The notes under the pieces: generated by a model
The model's database searches: none
What the model saw: only the letters and a program-made list of their open reading frames with translations
Told to the model about the DNA's origin: nothing
Assembly: GCA_965250105.1 (NCBI GenBank)
Contig: OZ252290.1
Location: 3,449,308 to 3,513,307, forward strand
Direction: 5' to 3'
Origin: Tepidamorphaceae bacterium
Lineage (GTDB): Bacteria > Pseudomonadota > Alphaproteobacteria > Rhizobiales > Tepidamorphaceae
Length of the DNA: 64,000 nucleotides
Position numbers and translations under genes: made by a program
Part shown: positions 38,163 to 45,494 of the stretch, in pieces
Layout of the letters: each line of letters starts with the position of its first letter
Numbering within the stretch: the first letter of the stretch is position 1

Positions 38163-38846
38163 ATGGACGACAGCTTGGATGACGGGATCAGCGGCCTCGT
38201 CACCGCCCGCCGCGACGCGGCTGGACCGGAAACACAGGTCGGCGATGCCGGCGATCGGCGCGAGCCGGACCATTACCACTGTCTCGATGCGGTGCGCTCG
38301 ACCGCCTTCGAGATGTTCGCGCGCGGGGTGCGCGACCGGCGGTCGGCATGCCACACGGTGACCCTCGGGACGATCGCCGCCGATGGCGCGCCATCCGTGC
38401 GCGTCGTGGTGCTGCGCGGCTTCGACGCGGAAGCGCGCAGCCTGCGCTTTCACACCGACATCCGCTCGCGCAAGATCTACGAAATCGCCGCCAATCCGGT
38501 GATCGCCGTTCACGCCTATGACCCGGTCGCGAAGATCCAGATCCGGCTCACCGGTCGCGCCCAGGTGCATGTCGATGACGCGGTTCAGGCGAGCGCCTGG
38601 CAGGCGACGCGGTCCTTCAGCCGCGCCTGCTACCGGACCGAGCCGTCGCCGGGTGCCGAGATCCCGGACGGCGGGGCCTTCGCCATGCCCGGGGCCGATG
38701 ATCCCGATGCCGGGCTCGAGCATTTCCGCGCCGTCGTCATGCGTTTCGATCGGCTCGAATGGCTCTATCTCGCCGCTGGCGGTCATCGGCGGGCATTGTT
38801 TCTGTGGTCGGACGAGAGCGAGGACGTGGCCTGGCTGGTGCCTTAG
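38163..38846 (+). CDS. Pyridoxamine 5'-phosphate oxidase (PNPOx-like, FMN-binding split-barrel) family protein
   Basis: The split-barrel pattern is TLGTIAADGAPSVRVVVLRGFDAEARSLRFHTDIRSRKIYEI. The in-frame ATG is at 38163. Confidence 0.65.
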   Translation: MDDSLDDGISGLVTARRDAAGPETQVGDAGDRREPDHYHCLDAVRSTAFEMFARGVRDRRSACHTVTLGTIAADGAPSVRVVVLRGFDAEARSLRFHTDIRSRKIYEIAANPVIAVHAYDPVAKIQIRLTGRAQVHVDDAVQASAWQATRSFSRACYRTEPSPGAEIPDGGAFAMPGADDPDAGLEHFRAVVMRFDRLEWLYLAAGGHRRALFLWSDESEDVAWLVP

Positions 38847-39333
38847 GGGCATGCGCGCTGGAACGGCACAGACAAGCAGATAAGATGTCGTGGACGCCCC
38901 GATACCCCGGGGGCGAACCCTTGCGTCCTGGACAAGGGGGCGGAGAAGTTGCCCTGTTTTGCGGCTCGTGCATCCGAGCACAGTCGTTATCAAGGCCGCC
39001 TGCTCCTCGGGGCCCAACCTCCAAGACGCTCGACAAGAACGCTTCCGGCCCGGCTTCGCGCAAGGGATGGCACCCCGGTGTAGACAGGGCCGATACCTCG
39101 CCACAAAGCGCGGGAACTGAACGCGCGACGCGTGGGCCTTGCGTAGACATGCGAGAGAACGGCAGGCGCGCGAATAATGCAACTATTAAGTGCATTTGCC
39201 GTCTAAGGAGGCTGAAGCGTCGATTCTCGCGGCGCCCGACTTATCCTTAAGGAGCATATGGTTCCCCCTATTGCCCTCAGCGTTTTACACGTTAACCTAG
39301 AATCACAGCAACCAGGCCGGCTGGGCGATTGTG

Positions 39334-40179
39334 ATGCTACGGGAGATCTTCGGTCGCAATCTGAGGCGTTTGTGCGAAGCGCGGGGGTCGATCGCATCCG
39401 TATGCCGAGAGACGGGTATCAACCGTCAGCAGTTCAACAAATACCTCAACGGCTCGTCCCTCCCCGATCAAAACAACCAGGATCGGATCGCGCGCTATTT
39501 CGGCGTCAAGCCAGCCGATTTGTTTCGCGACGAGGTGGTCGACTCGGAGGGGATTTCGCTAACGGTTGAGCGGTCCGAACTATCCGCGAGGCTATCAAGG
39601 ATCGCCGAGGCCGAACGACCGTCCGCTCTCGAATGCGGCCGGTATTTCGTGACGTTCGGCGAGCCCACCGACCCGAACATGATCGTCCGGGCCATCATGA
39701 TCGTGTGGCATGAGGGGCGCTCGACGGTCTTTCGCCGGCTCACCGGCTTTGCGGAGCCGCGCGGCAGCTGGTGGGCGGATTATGGCGGTGATCACACCGG
39801 CGTCGTGATGGACCGCAGACAGCATCTTCATTTCGTCGGGCTCAATCAGGTCGGCAATCAAGAGCCGACGCTGATTACGGTCGCATGGACGACCAGCGAG
39901 CGGCCGCTCCTGGTTGGACACGCCGCTGTCCTTGGGACGGCGCCGGTGATTTGCCCCGTTGTGATTTCGAAGGTGTCGGAACGGTTGTCCCTGAGAAGGG
40001 CCCTGGCCAGCGCTCGCGCCTATTCGGTCGATGATCCGGCGATAGAAGCAGCCGTCGTCGATGCCCTTGCCGATCGCGGTGCTCAATTGGCTCGGATGCT
40101 ACAACCGCTGGATCTGTCCGTATCGCCGCTCAATCAAGGTCGCCAGACCGCCAGGCCGGAACGCCTCAACGGTCATTGA
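39334..40179 (+). CDS. XRE-family HTH transcriptional regulator with an uncharacterised C-terminal domain of about 210 aa
   Basis: The N-terminus LREIFGRNLRRLCEARGSIASVCRETGINRQQFNKYLNGSSLPDQNNQDRIARYFGVKPADLF is a canonical Cro/C1 HTH. I recognise nothing in the C-terminal part. Confidence 0.75.
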   Translation: MLREIFGRNLRRLCEARGSIASVCRETGINRQQFNKYLNGSSLPDQNNQDRIARYFGVKPADLFRDEVVDSEGISLTVERSELSARLSRIAEAERPSALECGRYFVTFGEPTDPNMIVRAIMIVWHEGRSTVFRRLTGFAEPRGSWWADYGGDHTGVVMDRRQHLHFVGLNQVGNQEPTLITVAWTTSERPLLVGHAAVLGTAPVICPVVISKVSERLSLRRALASARAYSVDDPAIEAAVVDALADRGAQLARMLQPLDLSVSPLNQGRQTARPERLNGH

Positions 40180-40305
40180 GCGCGAGCTTCGCTAAAGGCG
40201 CGAAGGTCGCGAGCCCCCTTCGCATTTCGCGAGAATTTCCAATCTCCCAATACTCCGGTCGAATGTATGCGTCCTTTTCGTGGGGCGCAAACAAAGGAGA
40301 TAGAC

Positions 40306-40395
40306 ATGAAGACCGGTGTTCTCAACATCAACGTGAAGCCCATTTCCAGCGCGTCGAGCCTGAATACAAAGGCCATGTGCTACAACAAGCAATAA
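40306..40395 (+). CDS. 29-aa small ORF (candidate precursor or leader peptide) MKTGVLNINVKPISSASSLNTKAMCYNKQ, not in the supplied ORF track
   Basis: AAAGGAGA ends 5 nt before the ATG at 40306, and the TAA is at 40393-40395. The stop lies 54 nt upstream of the SagB-like gene on the same strand and is followed by a terminator-like hairpin. The codon usage is A/T-ending (AAT, ACA, ATT, GGT, GTT, CAA). Confidence 0.55.
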   Translation: MKTGVLNINVKPISSASSLNTKAMCYNKQ

Positions 40396-40402
40396 CCAGC
40401 GA

Positions 40403-40437
40403 GCCCTGCCGCCGACAATGGCGGCAGGGCTTTTCTT
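40403..40437 (+). terminator. Intrinsic-terminator-like hairpin between the small ORF and the SagB-like gene
   Basis: GCCCTGCCGCC-GACAAT-GGCGGCAGGGC forms an 11-bp perfect stem, followed by TTTTCTTT. Confidence 0.75.
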
Positions 40438-40449
40438 TGGGAGATCGCA

Positions 40450-41583
40450 ATGCGTATTCGGGCGGCACGCACCCTCGTGTTCTTGCGTGAGAACGGCCAG
40501 TTGCTTGGTTTCAACTATCTGAGCAAGAAGTCCTTCGCTTGCTCGCAGGACCTGCTGGCCTTCCTGCCGATGGTCGATGAATGGACCGAGGTCGCGGACA
40601 TCTGCGCGAAACTCGGGGCGCAGGAACGCGTGTTTGACGCGCAGGTTGAGGCCTTGATCGACGTTTCGGCGATCGTTGCCGAGGGAAGCCTTGTCGCTCA
40701 TGACGAAGCGCGCTTCGTCGCGGACTGGAATTGGGGCCTTCCCGCAGCGCTTTTCCATCAGTCGGTCCGTGATCGGCCATGCATGACGGTCGAAGAAGGT
40801 GAAGCTGTTCAGCGTGAGCGGCTCGTATCCGGGCAACCGGCACCGGCGCTCTTCTCGCGAATGCTGCCTCCCGCCGAGCAAATCATGTTGCCAAGAGCGC
40901 CATCGCCTGTCCTTGAGGTCATGGCACAGCGGCGCACGATACGGTCAGCGTCGGCTCCGACGGTGGCCCTAGAGGATGTCGCGGACTGCCTGTTCGCCGG
41001 GCTTGGCATCGTCGGTCACACCCGTAACGGTGTCGGCGTCTCGCTACCGCTGTCGATGACGCCGTCGGGCGGCGCGCGGAACCCTTATGAGGCGTTCGTG
41101 TGCGCGCGGCGCGTGGATGGGCTCGCGGCTGGCGTCTACCACTATTCGGCTGTTGATCACGCTCTTGAGCCGATCGACGGGGCCGACCTGCCGCTCCTGT
41201 CCGAGCTGATTGGCGGTCAGGAGTGGGCCGATGACATGCCGGTCATGATCATTCTGGTCGCCTATTTCGACCGATCCGCCTGGAAGTATCACGACGCGAA
41301 CGCCTACAGGGTTGTTCTGATCGAGGCGGGGCACATCGGCCAGAACATCATGCTTGCGGCGACGGAACGCGGACTGTCAGCCTGTCCGTCGGCGGCGCTC
41401 GATCACTCAAAAATCTCAGACCTGTTGGGGCTCGACGGTTTGATGCACGGAGCCCCGATATACGCACTGACGGTGGCGCATCCTGGTCATGCGGAAGCGA
41501 TGATTCCGGTGGCCGCACCATCGGACCGAACACAAAGGGGCATCGCAGATGCGAGCACTGAAGGTCTTGAAATCAGAGCATAG
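40450..41583 (+). CDS. SagB/ThcOx-family FMN-dependent dehydrogenase (nitroreductase superfamily) with a PqqD/RRE-like N-terminal domain
   Basis: GGGAGA ends 5 nt before the ATG. Nitroreductase motifs are AQRRTIRSAS, PSGGARNPYEAFV, YHYSAVDHALEPI and YRVVLIEAGHIGQNIMLAATERGLSACPSAALD. The N-terminus LVFLRENGQLLGFNYLSKKSFACSQDLLAFLPMVDEWTEVADICAKLG follows the PqqD pattern. Confidence 0.85.
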   Translation: MRIRAARTLVFLRENGQLLGFNYLSKKSFACSQDLLAFLPMVDEWTEVADICAKLGAQERVFDAQVEALIDVSAIVAEGSLVAHDEARFVADWNWGLPAALFHQSVRDRPCMTVEEGEAVQRERLVSGQPAPALFSRMLPPAEQIMLPRAPSPVLEVMAQRRTIRSASAPTVALEDVADCLFAGLGIVGHTRNGVGVSLPLSMTPSGGARNPYEAFVCARRVDGLAAGVYHYSAVDHALEPIDGADLPLLSELIGGQEWADDMPVMIILVAYFDRSAWKYHDANAYRVVLIEAGHIGQNIMLAATERGLSACPSAALDHSKISDLLGLDGLMHGAPIYALTVAHPGHAEAMIPVAAPSDRTQRGIADASTEGLEIRA

Positions 41584-41701
41584 CAACATCGAGCCCATGC
41601 TCGCGATGCTGCGCTATATCAGAGAGGACTTCGTCGGTCGCGACGAGTTTATCGTCTACCTGCTCGACATGGTCATTTACGAGCTGTGTCAGCAGCGCTA
41701 G
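41549..41701 (+). pseudogene. 50-codon ORF resembling the N-terminal third of a hemerythrin-like (HHE) domain protein, possibly a truncated remnant
   Basis: MRALKVLKSEHSNIEPMLAMLRYIREDFVGRDEFIVYLLDMVIYELCQQR* shows the L-x-x-EH-x-x-I-x-x-L-x-x-L opening typical of hemerythrin-like proteins, but it stops before any downstream His/Glu motif. AAGGGG lies 8 nt upstream. The ORF overlaps the SagB-like stop by 35 nt. Confidence 0.25.
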
Positions 41702-41861
41702 CCATCTCGTGTTGCAATCGGGCAAGGACGGCGGCCGACTTGGCGGTCTCGATGAGGTGAGCCAGCCTCAAGAGATCCGCGTCTCTTGCGACGGCCGAAA
41801 GCGTCCCCAATTCGCGGACAATACCGTCAAGATCGTCTTCGTCACTCATGGCCAGCCCCAC
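41673..41861 (-). CDS. Hypothetical 62-aa acidic protein
   Basis: The ORF has a GTG start (an internal ATG gives MSDEDDLDG...). I recognise no family and the SD is weak. Confidence 0.2.
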   Translation of the reverse strand: MGLAMSDEDDLDGIVRELGTLSAVARDADLLRLAHLIETAKSAAVLARLQHEMASAADTARK

Positions 41862-41996
41862 AGCCCCAACGCTCGGACCGCAAGTCTATACTATCAGACT
41901 GTGTCGGGAGTGCGTTGAGGGTGCTCACGGATCAATGGTGCGCTCTCTTGCGCCATGGATCCCGGGAAAGGTGCGATGAGCAGCGGAAAAACCGCA

Positions 41997-42051
41997 ATAA
42001 AATCAACGAATCAAAAATGTTGGATAAGAGCTATCGATCTGTTGATTTTAT
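41997..42051. repeat. AT-rich inverted repeat abutting the 3' end of tRNA-Glu (possible tRNA terminator or old att remnant)
   Basis: ATAAAATCAAC (41997-42007) is matched by GTTGATTTTAT (42041-42051). On the minus strand it is followed by TGCGGTTTTT. Confidence 0.5.
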
Positions 42052-42057
42052 TGTATC

Positions 42058-42133
42058 TGGCACGCCCTACGGGACTCGAACCCGTGTTTCCGCCGTGAAA
42101 GGGCGGCGTCCTAGACCGCTAGACGAAGGGCGC
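42058..42133 (-). tRNA. tRNA-Glu (anticodon UUC)
   Basis: The reverse complement GCGCCCTTCGTCTAGCGGTCTAGGACGCCGCCCTTTCACGGCGGAAACACGGGTTCGAGTCCCGTAGGGCGTGCCA folds as a cloverleaf. The anticodon arm is CCGCC-CTTTCAC-GGCGG. Confidence 0.9.
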
Positions 42134-42327
42134 AGCGCGGAAGCGGCGTTATAGGGGCAAAGACTCCGGCCATCAAGCGGTCTTTGGGAGAATTTTCACC
42201 GCTTCGGGGCCGTGAAGCAGCCTGCGCCAGGGATGGTGCCGAAAAGCTGCGCCAACGTCTCAAAATCGAGTGTCTTGCCGTTTTTCGACTAAGTCGATCT
42301 AGAACACGGGATGACGCGACGGTAGGC

Positions 42328-42768
42328 TCACCAGACGCCGGTATTCTCCATCGATGCCCAGGGCTCCTGCTTGGGCAGCGCCGCACCCTTCTGCAGCAAT
42401 TCGATCGAGATGTTGTCCGGCGAGCGGATGAAGGCCATGTTTCCGTCGCGCGGCGGCCGGTTGATCGTCACGCCGTCGGCCTGGAGCTTGGCGCAGGTCG
42501 CGTAGATGTCGTCGACCTCGAAGGCGAGGTGACCGAAATTGCGCCCGCCCGTATAGGTTTCCGGATCCCAGTTATAGGTCAGCTCCAGGAGTGGCGCGCG
42601 CTCTTCTGTCGCCCGCGCCGAATCGGCCGGCGCCGCCAGGAAGATCAGCGTGAAACGGCCCTGTTCGCTGTCATAGCGACGGACTTCCTCGAGCCCGAGC
42701 TTGTTGCAGTAGAAATCGAGCGAGGCGTCGACATCGGCGACGCGGACCATGGTGTGAAGATAGCGCAT
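42328..42768 (-). CDS. gloA: Lactoylglutathione lyase (glyoxalase I, VOC family)
   Basis: The product reads [31 protein letters not shown]...LELTYNWD...[10 protein letters not shown]...[15 protein letters not shown]. The 305-aa track ORF is an over-extension. Confidence 0.85.
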   Translation of the reverse strand: MRYLHTMVRVADVDASLDFYCNKLGLEEVRRYDSEQGRFTLIFLAAPADSARATEERAPLLELTYNWDPETYTGGRNFGHLAFEVDDIYATCAKLQADGVTINRPPRDGNMAFIRSPDNISIELLQKGAALPKQEPWASMENTGVW

Positions 42769-42859
42769 TTCGGCGTCGATCCTTTCGCGGAACTGTCGGA
42801 CCTTTAGATACGGGCGGTAGGATGATGGTCGATCATAATGACGATCACATGTATCCGAT

Positions 42860-43684
42860 GTGCGAATCGGCAAGGACGACAAGATGATAGATCGCCAGCC
42901 AAATGTTGTGAAAACCGGCAGCGCCGGGTCGGCGGACGATGTCGCCCGGTTGCGCGCCATGATCGACGAGGCCGCGCGCATCGCCGTCTTCACCGGCGCG
43001 GGCATGAGCACCGAATGTGGCATTCCCGATTTCCGCGGGCCAGGCGGGCTGTGGAAAACCAATATGCCAATCGACTTCCAGAGCTTTGTCGCCTCGGCCG
43101 AGATGCGGCGCGAGGCCTGGCGGCGGAAATTCGCCATGGAGGACGTCTTCCGCGCCGCGAGACCCGGGCCCGGCCATCTGGCGCTGGCCGATCTCGTCGC
43201 CAGTGGCCGGGTCCTGAAGGTCATCACCCAGAACATCGATAACATGCATCAGAATGCCGGCATTGCGGCCGAGCGGGTGATCGAACTGCATGGCAATGGC
43301 AGCTACGCGACCTGCCTGGCCTGCGGTCTGCGTCATGAGCTCGATGAGATCCGCGACCATGTCGCGGTAACGGGCGAGCCGCCCGATTGCCGGGCCTGCG
43401 GTGGTCTGGTGAAGACCGCGACGATCTCCTTCGGCCAGGCCATGCCCGAACAGCCCATGGCCCAAGCGATCGCGGCGGCCGAGGCATGTGATCTGTTTCT
43501 GGTGCTGGGGTCGTCGCTGAGCGTCTGGCCGGCGGCCGGCTTGCCCGCATTGGCCGCCGAGCGCGGCGCGGCCCTCGTCATCGTGAATGGCGAGCCGACC
43601 GAGCTCGACGATCTGGCCGATCGCGTCATGCGATATGATCTCTCTGATTTTCTACCCAGGGTATTCACACCAGAACAGCGTTAA
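42860..43684 (+). CDS. cobB: SIR2-family NAD-dependent protein deacylase (CobB-like)
   Basis: Contains [27 protein letters not shown] and HG, the zinc ribbon CLACG...CRACGG, and [13 protein letters not shown]. Confidence 0.85.
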   Translation: MRIGKDDKMIDRQPNVVKTGSAGSADDVARLRAMIDEAARIAVFTGAGMSTECGIPDFRGPGGLWKTNMPIDFQSFVASAEMRREAWRRKFAMEDVFRAARPGPGHLALADLVASGRVLKVITQNIDNMHQNAGIAAERVIELHGNGSYATCLACGLRHELDEIRDHVAVTGEPPDCRACGGLVKTATISFGQAMPEQPMAQAIAAAEACDLFLVLGSSLSVWPAAGLPALAAERGAALVIVNGEPTELDDLADRVMRYDLSDFLPRVFTPEQR

Positions 43685-43763
43685 ATCGGTGGAGAATCTG
43701 CCTGATGCCCGGAAAACGCGCTTTCACTGCCGCGTGGCGGTGTTATTCTTGTAGACGAATCAT

Positions 43764-44387
43764 GTGCCGGCCAAGTCCGGGGCAGATATGGTGCGTAGGA
43801 GTGGCGTGATGGCAACCGACGAGTCGCCACGGGAGCGGGGCGACGCGACATCCGTGCCGGACACGACCGTCGATGTCGTCGAGATCGTCGGCCGCATCAA
43901 ATGGTTCGACGTGGCCAAGGGCTATGGCTTCATCGAGCCCGATGGTGGCCAGTCGGATGTTCTGCTGCATGTCACCTGCCTGCGCCGCGACGGGTTCCAG
44001 ACGGCTTATGAAGGTGCGCGCATCGTTTGCGAGGCGCTGAACCGGCCGCGCGGGCTGCAGGCCTTCCGGGTCATCAGCATGGACGAATCGACGGCCGTCC
44101 ATCCGTCCCAGCAGCCCGTCCGAACCCATGTCAGCGTGACGCCCGACGGCGAGTATGAGCGCGTCGTGGTGAAATGGTTCAACCGGGTGCGCGGCTATGG
44201 CTTCCTCAGCCGCGGCGACGGCACCGATGATATCTTCGTCCATATGGAAACCCTGCGCCGCTTCGGTTTCGCCGAATTGCGTCCCGGCCAGGAATTGCTG
44301 GCCCGTTTCGGCCCTGGCCCCAAGGGGCTGATGGCGGCCGAACTCAAGCCGCTGCCGGAACATGGCGGTAGCCCGCAATCCCATTGA
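43764..44387 (+). CDS. Cold-shock-domain protein with two CSD repeats
   Basis: The two repeats are [27 protein letters not shown] and [26 protein letters not shown]. The start is uncertain. Confidence 0.85.
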   Translation: MPAKSGADMVRRSGVMATDESPRERGDATSVPDTTVDVVEIVGRIKWFDVAKGYGFIEPDGGQSDVLLHVTCLRRDGFQTAYEGARIVCEALNRPRGLQAFRVISMDESTAVHPSQQPVRTHVSVTPDGEYERVVVKWFNRVRGYGFLSRGDGTDDIFVHMETLRRFGFAELRPGQELLARFGPGPKGLMAAELKPLPEHGGSPQSH

Positions 44388-44920
44388 GCGGTCCGCCGCG
44401 ACGTGAGCCGGCTCTGGCGCCGGGCGGACCCGCTTCGGGGTGGCTGGGTGCGGTGTCTGCGGCTTGCAAGGCCGTGCTGCTGCTCTGGCTCATCGTGCTG
44501 GCGGGCGTGGCGGCGGCCGAGGAACCGCCCGCCGATATCGTCTTCGACCGCGACACCGTCATCGTCGAGACTGCGACCGGCCACTATCCGTTCGACGTCG
44601 AGCTGGCCCTGACGCCCGAGCAGCAGGCGCGCGGGCTGATGTTCCGGCGAACACTGTCGCCCGATGCCGGCATGCTGTTCGATTTCGGCCGCACCAGGCC
44701 GGTATCGATGTGGATGCGCAATACCTATGTGTCGCTCGACATGGTGTTCATCTTCGACAACGGGGTGGTGCATCGCATCGAGCGCGCGACCACGCCGTTG
44801 TCTGAACGTATCGTCGCCTCCGGTGAGCCGGTCCGCTATGTGCTGGAAGTCGTCGCCGGCACGACCGACCGCATCGGCCTGCGCCCCGGCGACCGGCTCG
44901 TCCTGCCGGCGCCGCGCTGA
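44384..44920 (+). CDS. DUF192 domain protein
   Basis: A signal or TM segment is followed by [28 protein letters not shown]...[15 protein letters not shown]...YVLEV. The start overlaps the upstream stop (ATTGA/TGAGC region). Confidence 0.8.
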   Translation: MSGPPRREPALAPGGPASGWLGAVSAACKAVLLLWLIVLAGVAAAEEPPADIVFDRDTVIVETATGHYPFDVELALTPEQQARGLMFRRTLSPDAGMLFDFGRTRPVSMWMRNTYVSLDMVFIFDNGVVHRIERATTPLSERIVASGEPVRYVLEVVAGTTDRIGLRPGDRLVLPAPR

Positions 44921-45014
44921 AGGCCCCGCCGGCCTTGGGTGGAGGGGCGAGTGACCTTGTGGCGATCACCGGTGGCGCTCGTCGCGTCTTTCGTGTTAAG
45001 CGCCACGGGATCGT

Positions 45015-45091
45015 CGGGGCATGGCGCAGTCCGGTAGCGCACCTGGTTTGGGACCAGGGGGTCGCAAGTTCGAATCTTGCTGCCCCGACCA
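45015..45091 (+). tRNA. tRNA-Pro (anticodon UGG)
   Basis: The acceptor is CGGGGCA/TGCCCCG, the anticodon arm is CCTGG-TTTGGGA-CCAGG, the T-loop is GTTCGAATC, and the CCA is encoded. Confidence 0.9.
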
Positions 45092-45157
45092 TTTTGAGAG
45101 CTTTCGGCCGCGGCCGAAACGAGCGAAACAGAGACGGCGAGCAGCGGGAGGCGAGGG

Positions 45158-45463
45158 ATGCGCGCGCGAATTCTGCGCCCGGCGCGGACGGCCATGCAGT
45201 CCGGCAAGGCAAAGACCAGGAAATGGGTCATGGATTTCGAACAGACCGCGCCGCGTTCGGTCGAACCGCTGATGGGCTGGACCAGTTCGTCGGACATGAT
45301 GCAGCAGCTCAGGCTGAGCTTCGATAGTCTCGACGAGGCGCTCGCTTATGCCGAGAAGAACGGTGTCGAGGTCAATGTCGAGCAGGAGCATCGGCCGAAG
45401 CGGCGCAAAATCGCCTATGCGGACAATTTCCGCGCCGACCGGCGCCAGCCCTGGAGCCATTAG
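45158..45463 (+). CDS. ETC complex I subunit-like protein (NDUFS4 family)
   Basis: ARILRPARTAMQSGKAKTRKWVMDFE...EPLMGWTSSSDMMQQLRLSF...EALAYAEKNG matches the conserved NDUFS4-like domain of alphaproteobacteria. Confidence 0.8.
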   Translation: MRARILRPARTAMQSGKAKTRKWVMDFEQTAPRSVEPLMGWTSSSDMMQQLRLSFDSLDEALAYAEKNGVEVNVEQEHRPKRRKIAYADNFRADRRQPWSH

Positions 45464-45494
45464 AGCAACCTGCGTCTGGGACGGCGCAGACAAG

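Noticed and set aside
38891-38920. A possible degenerate copy of the tRNA-Glu 3' end (TGGACGCCCCGATACCCCGGGGGCGAACCC) as an att direct repeat at the left islet border.
   Set aside because: Similarity to TGGCACGCCCTACGGGACTCGAACCC is limited to short GC-rich words (ACGCCC, CGAACCC). No T-arm can be folded. This is too weak to call without a real alignment.
38847-39333. A structured ncRNA (tmRNA piece, SRP RNA, RNase P RNA or riboswitch) in the 480-nt gene-free stretch.
   Set aside because: I could not find any diagnostic consensus by eye: no tmRNA tag reading frame or tRNA-like end, no SRP GGAA tetraloop helix, and no known riboswitch cores. Only generic GC hairpins are present.
40450-41583. 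Calling the islet a thiazole/oxazole-modified microcin (TOMM) cluster.
   Set aside because: TOMM clusters need a YcaO cyclodehydratase, usually with an E1-like/Ocin-ThiF partner. Nothing resembling these is present within the islet or anywhere else in the 64 kb. I therefore claim only an orphan SagB-type enzyme plus a candidate peptide.
42860-43684. The SIR2-domain protein as a phage-defence effector (Thoeris/DSR-like).
   Set aside because: Its size (about 270 aa), the intact Zn-ribbon CxxC…CxxC, and the canonical GAGxS/QNID/HG motifs fit housekeeping CobB-type deacylases. No partner defence gene is present, and the neighbours (gloA, csp) are core genes.
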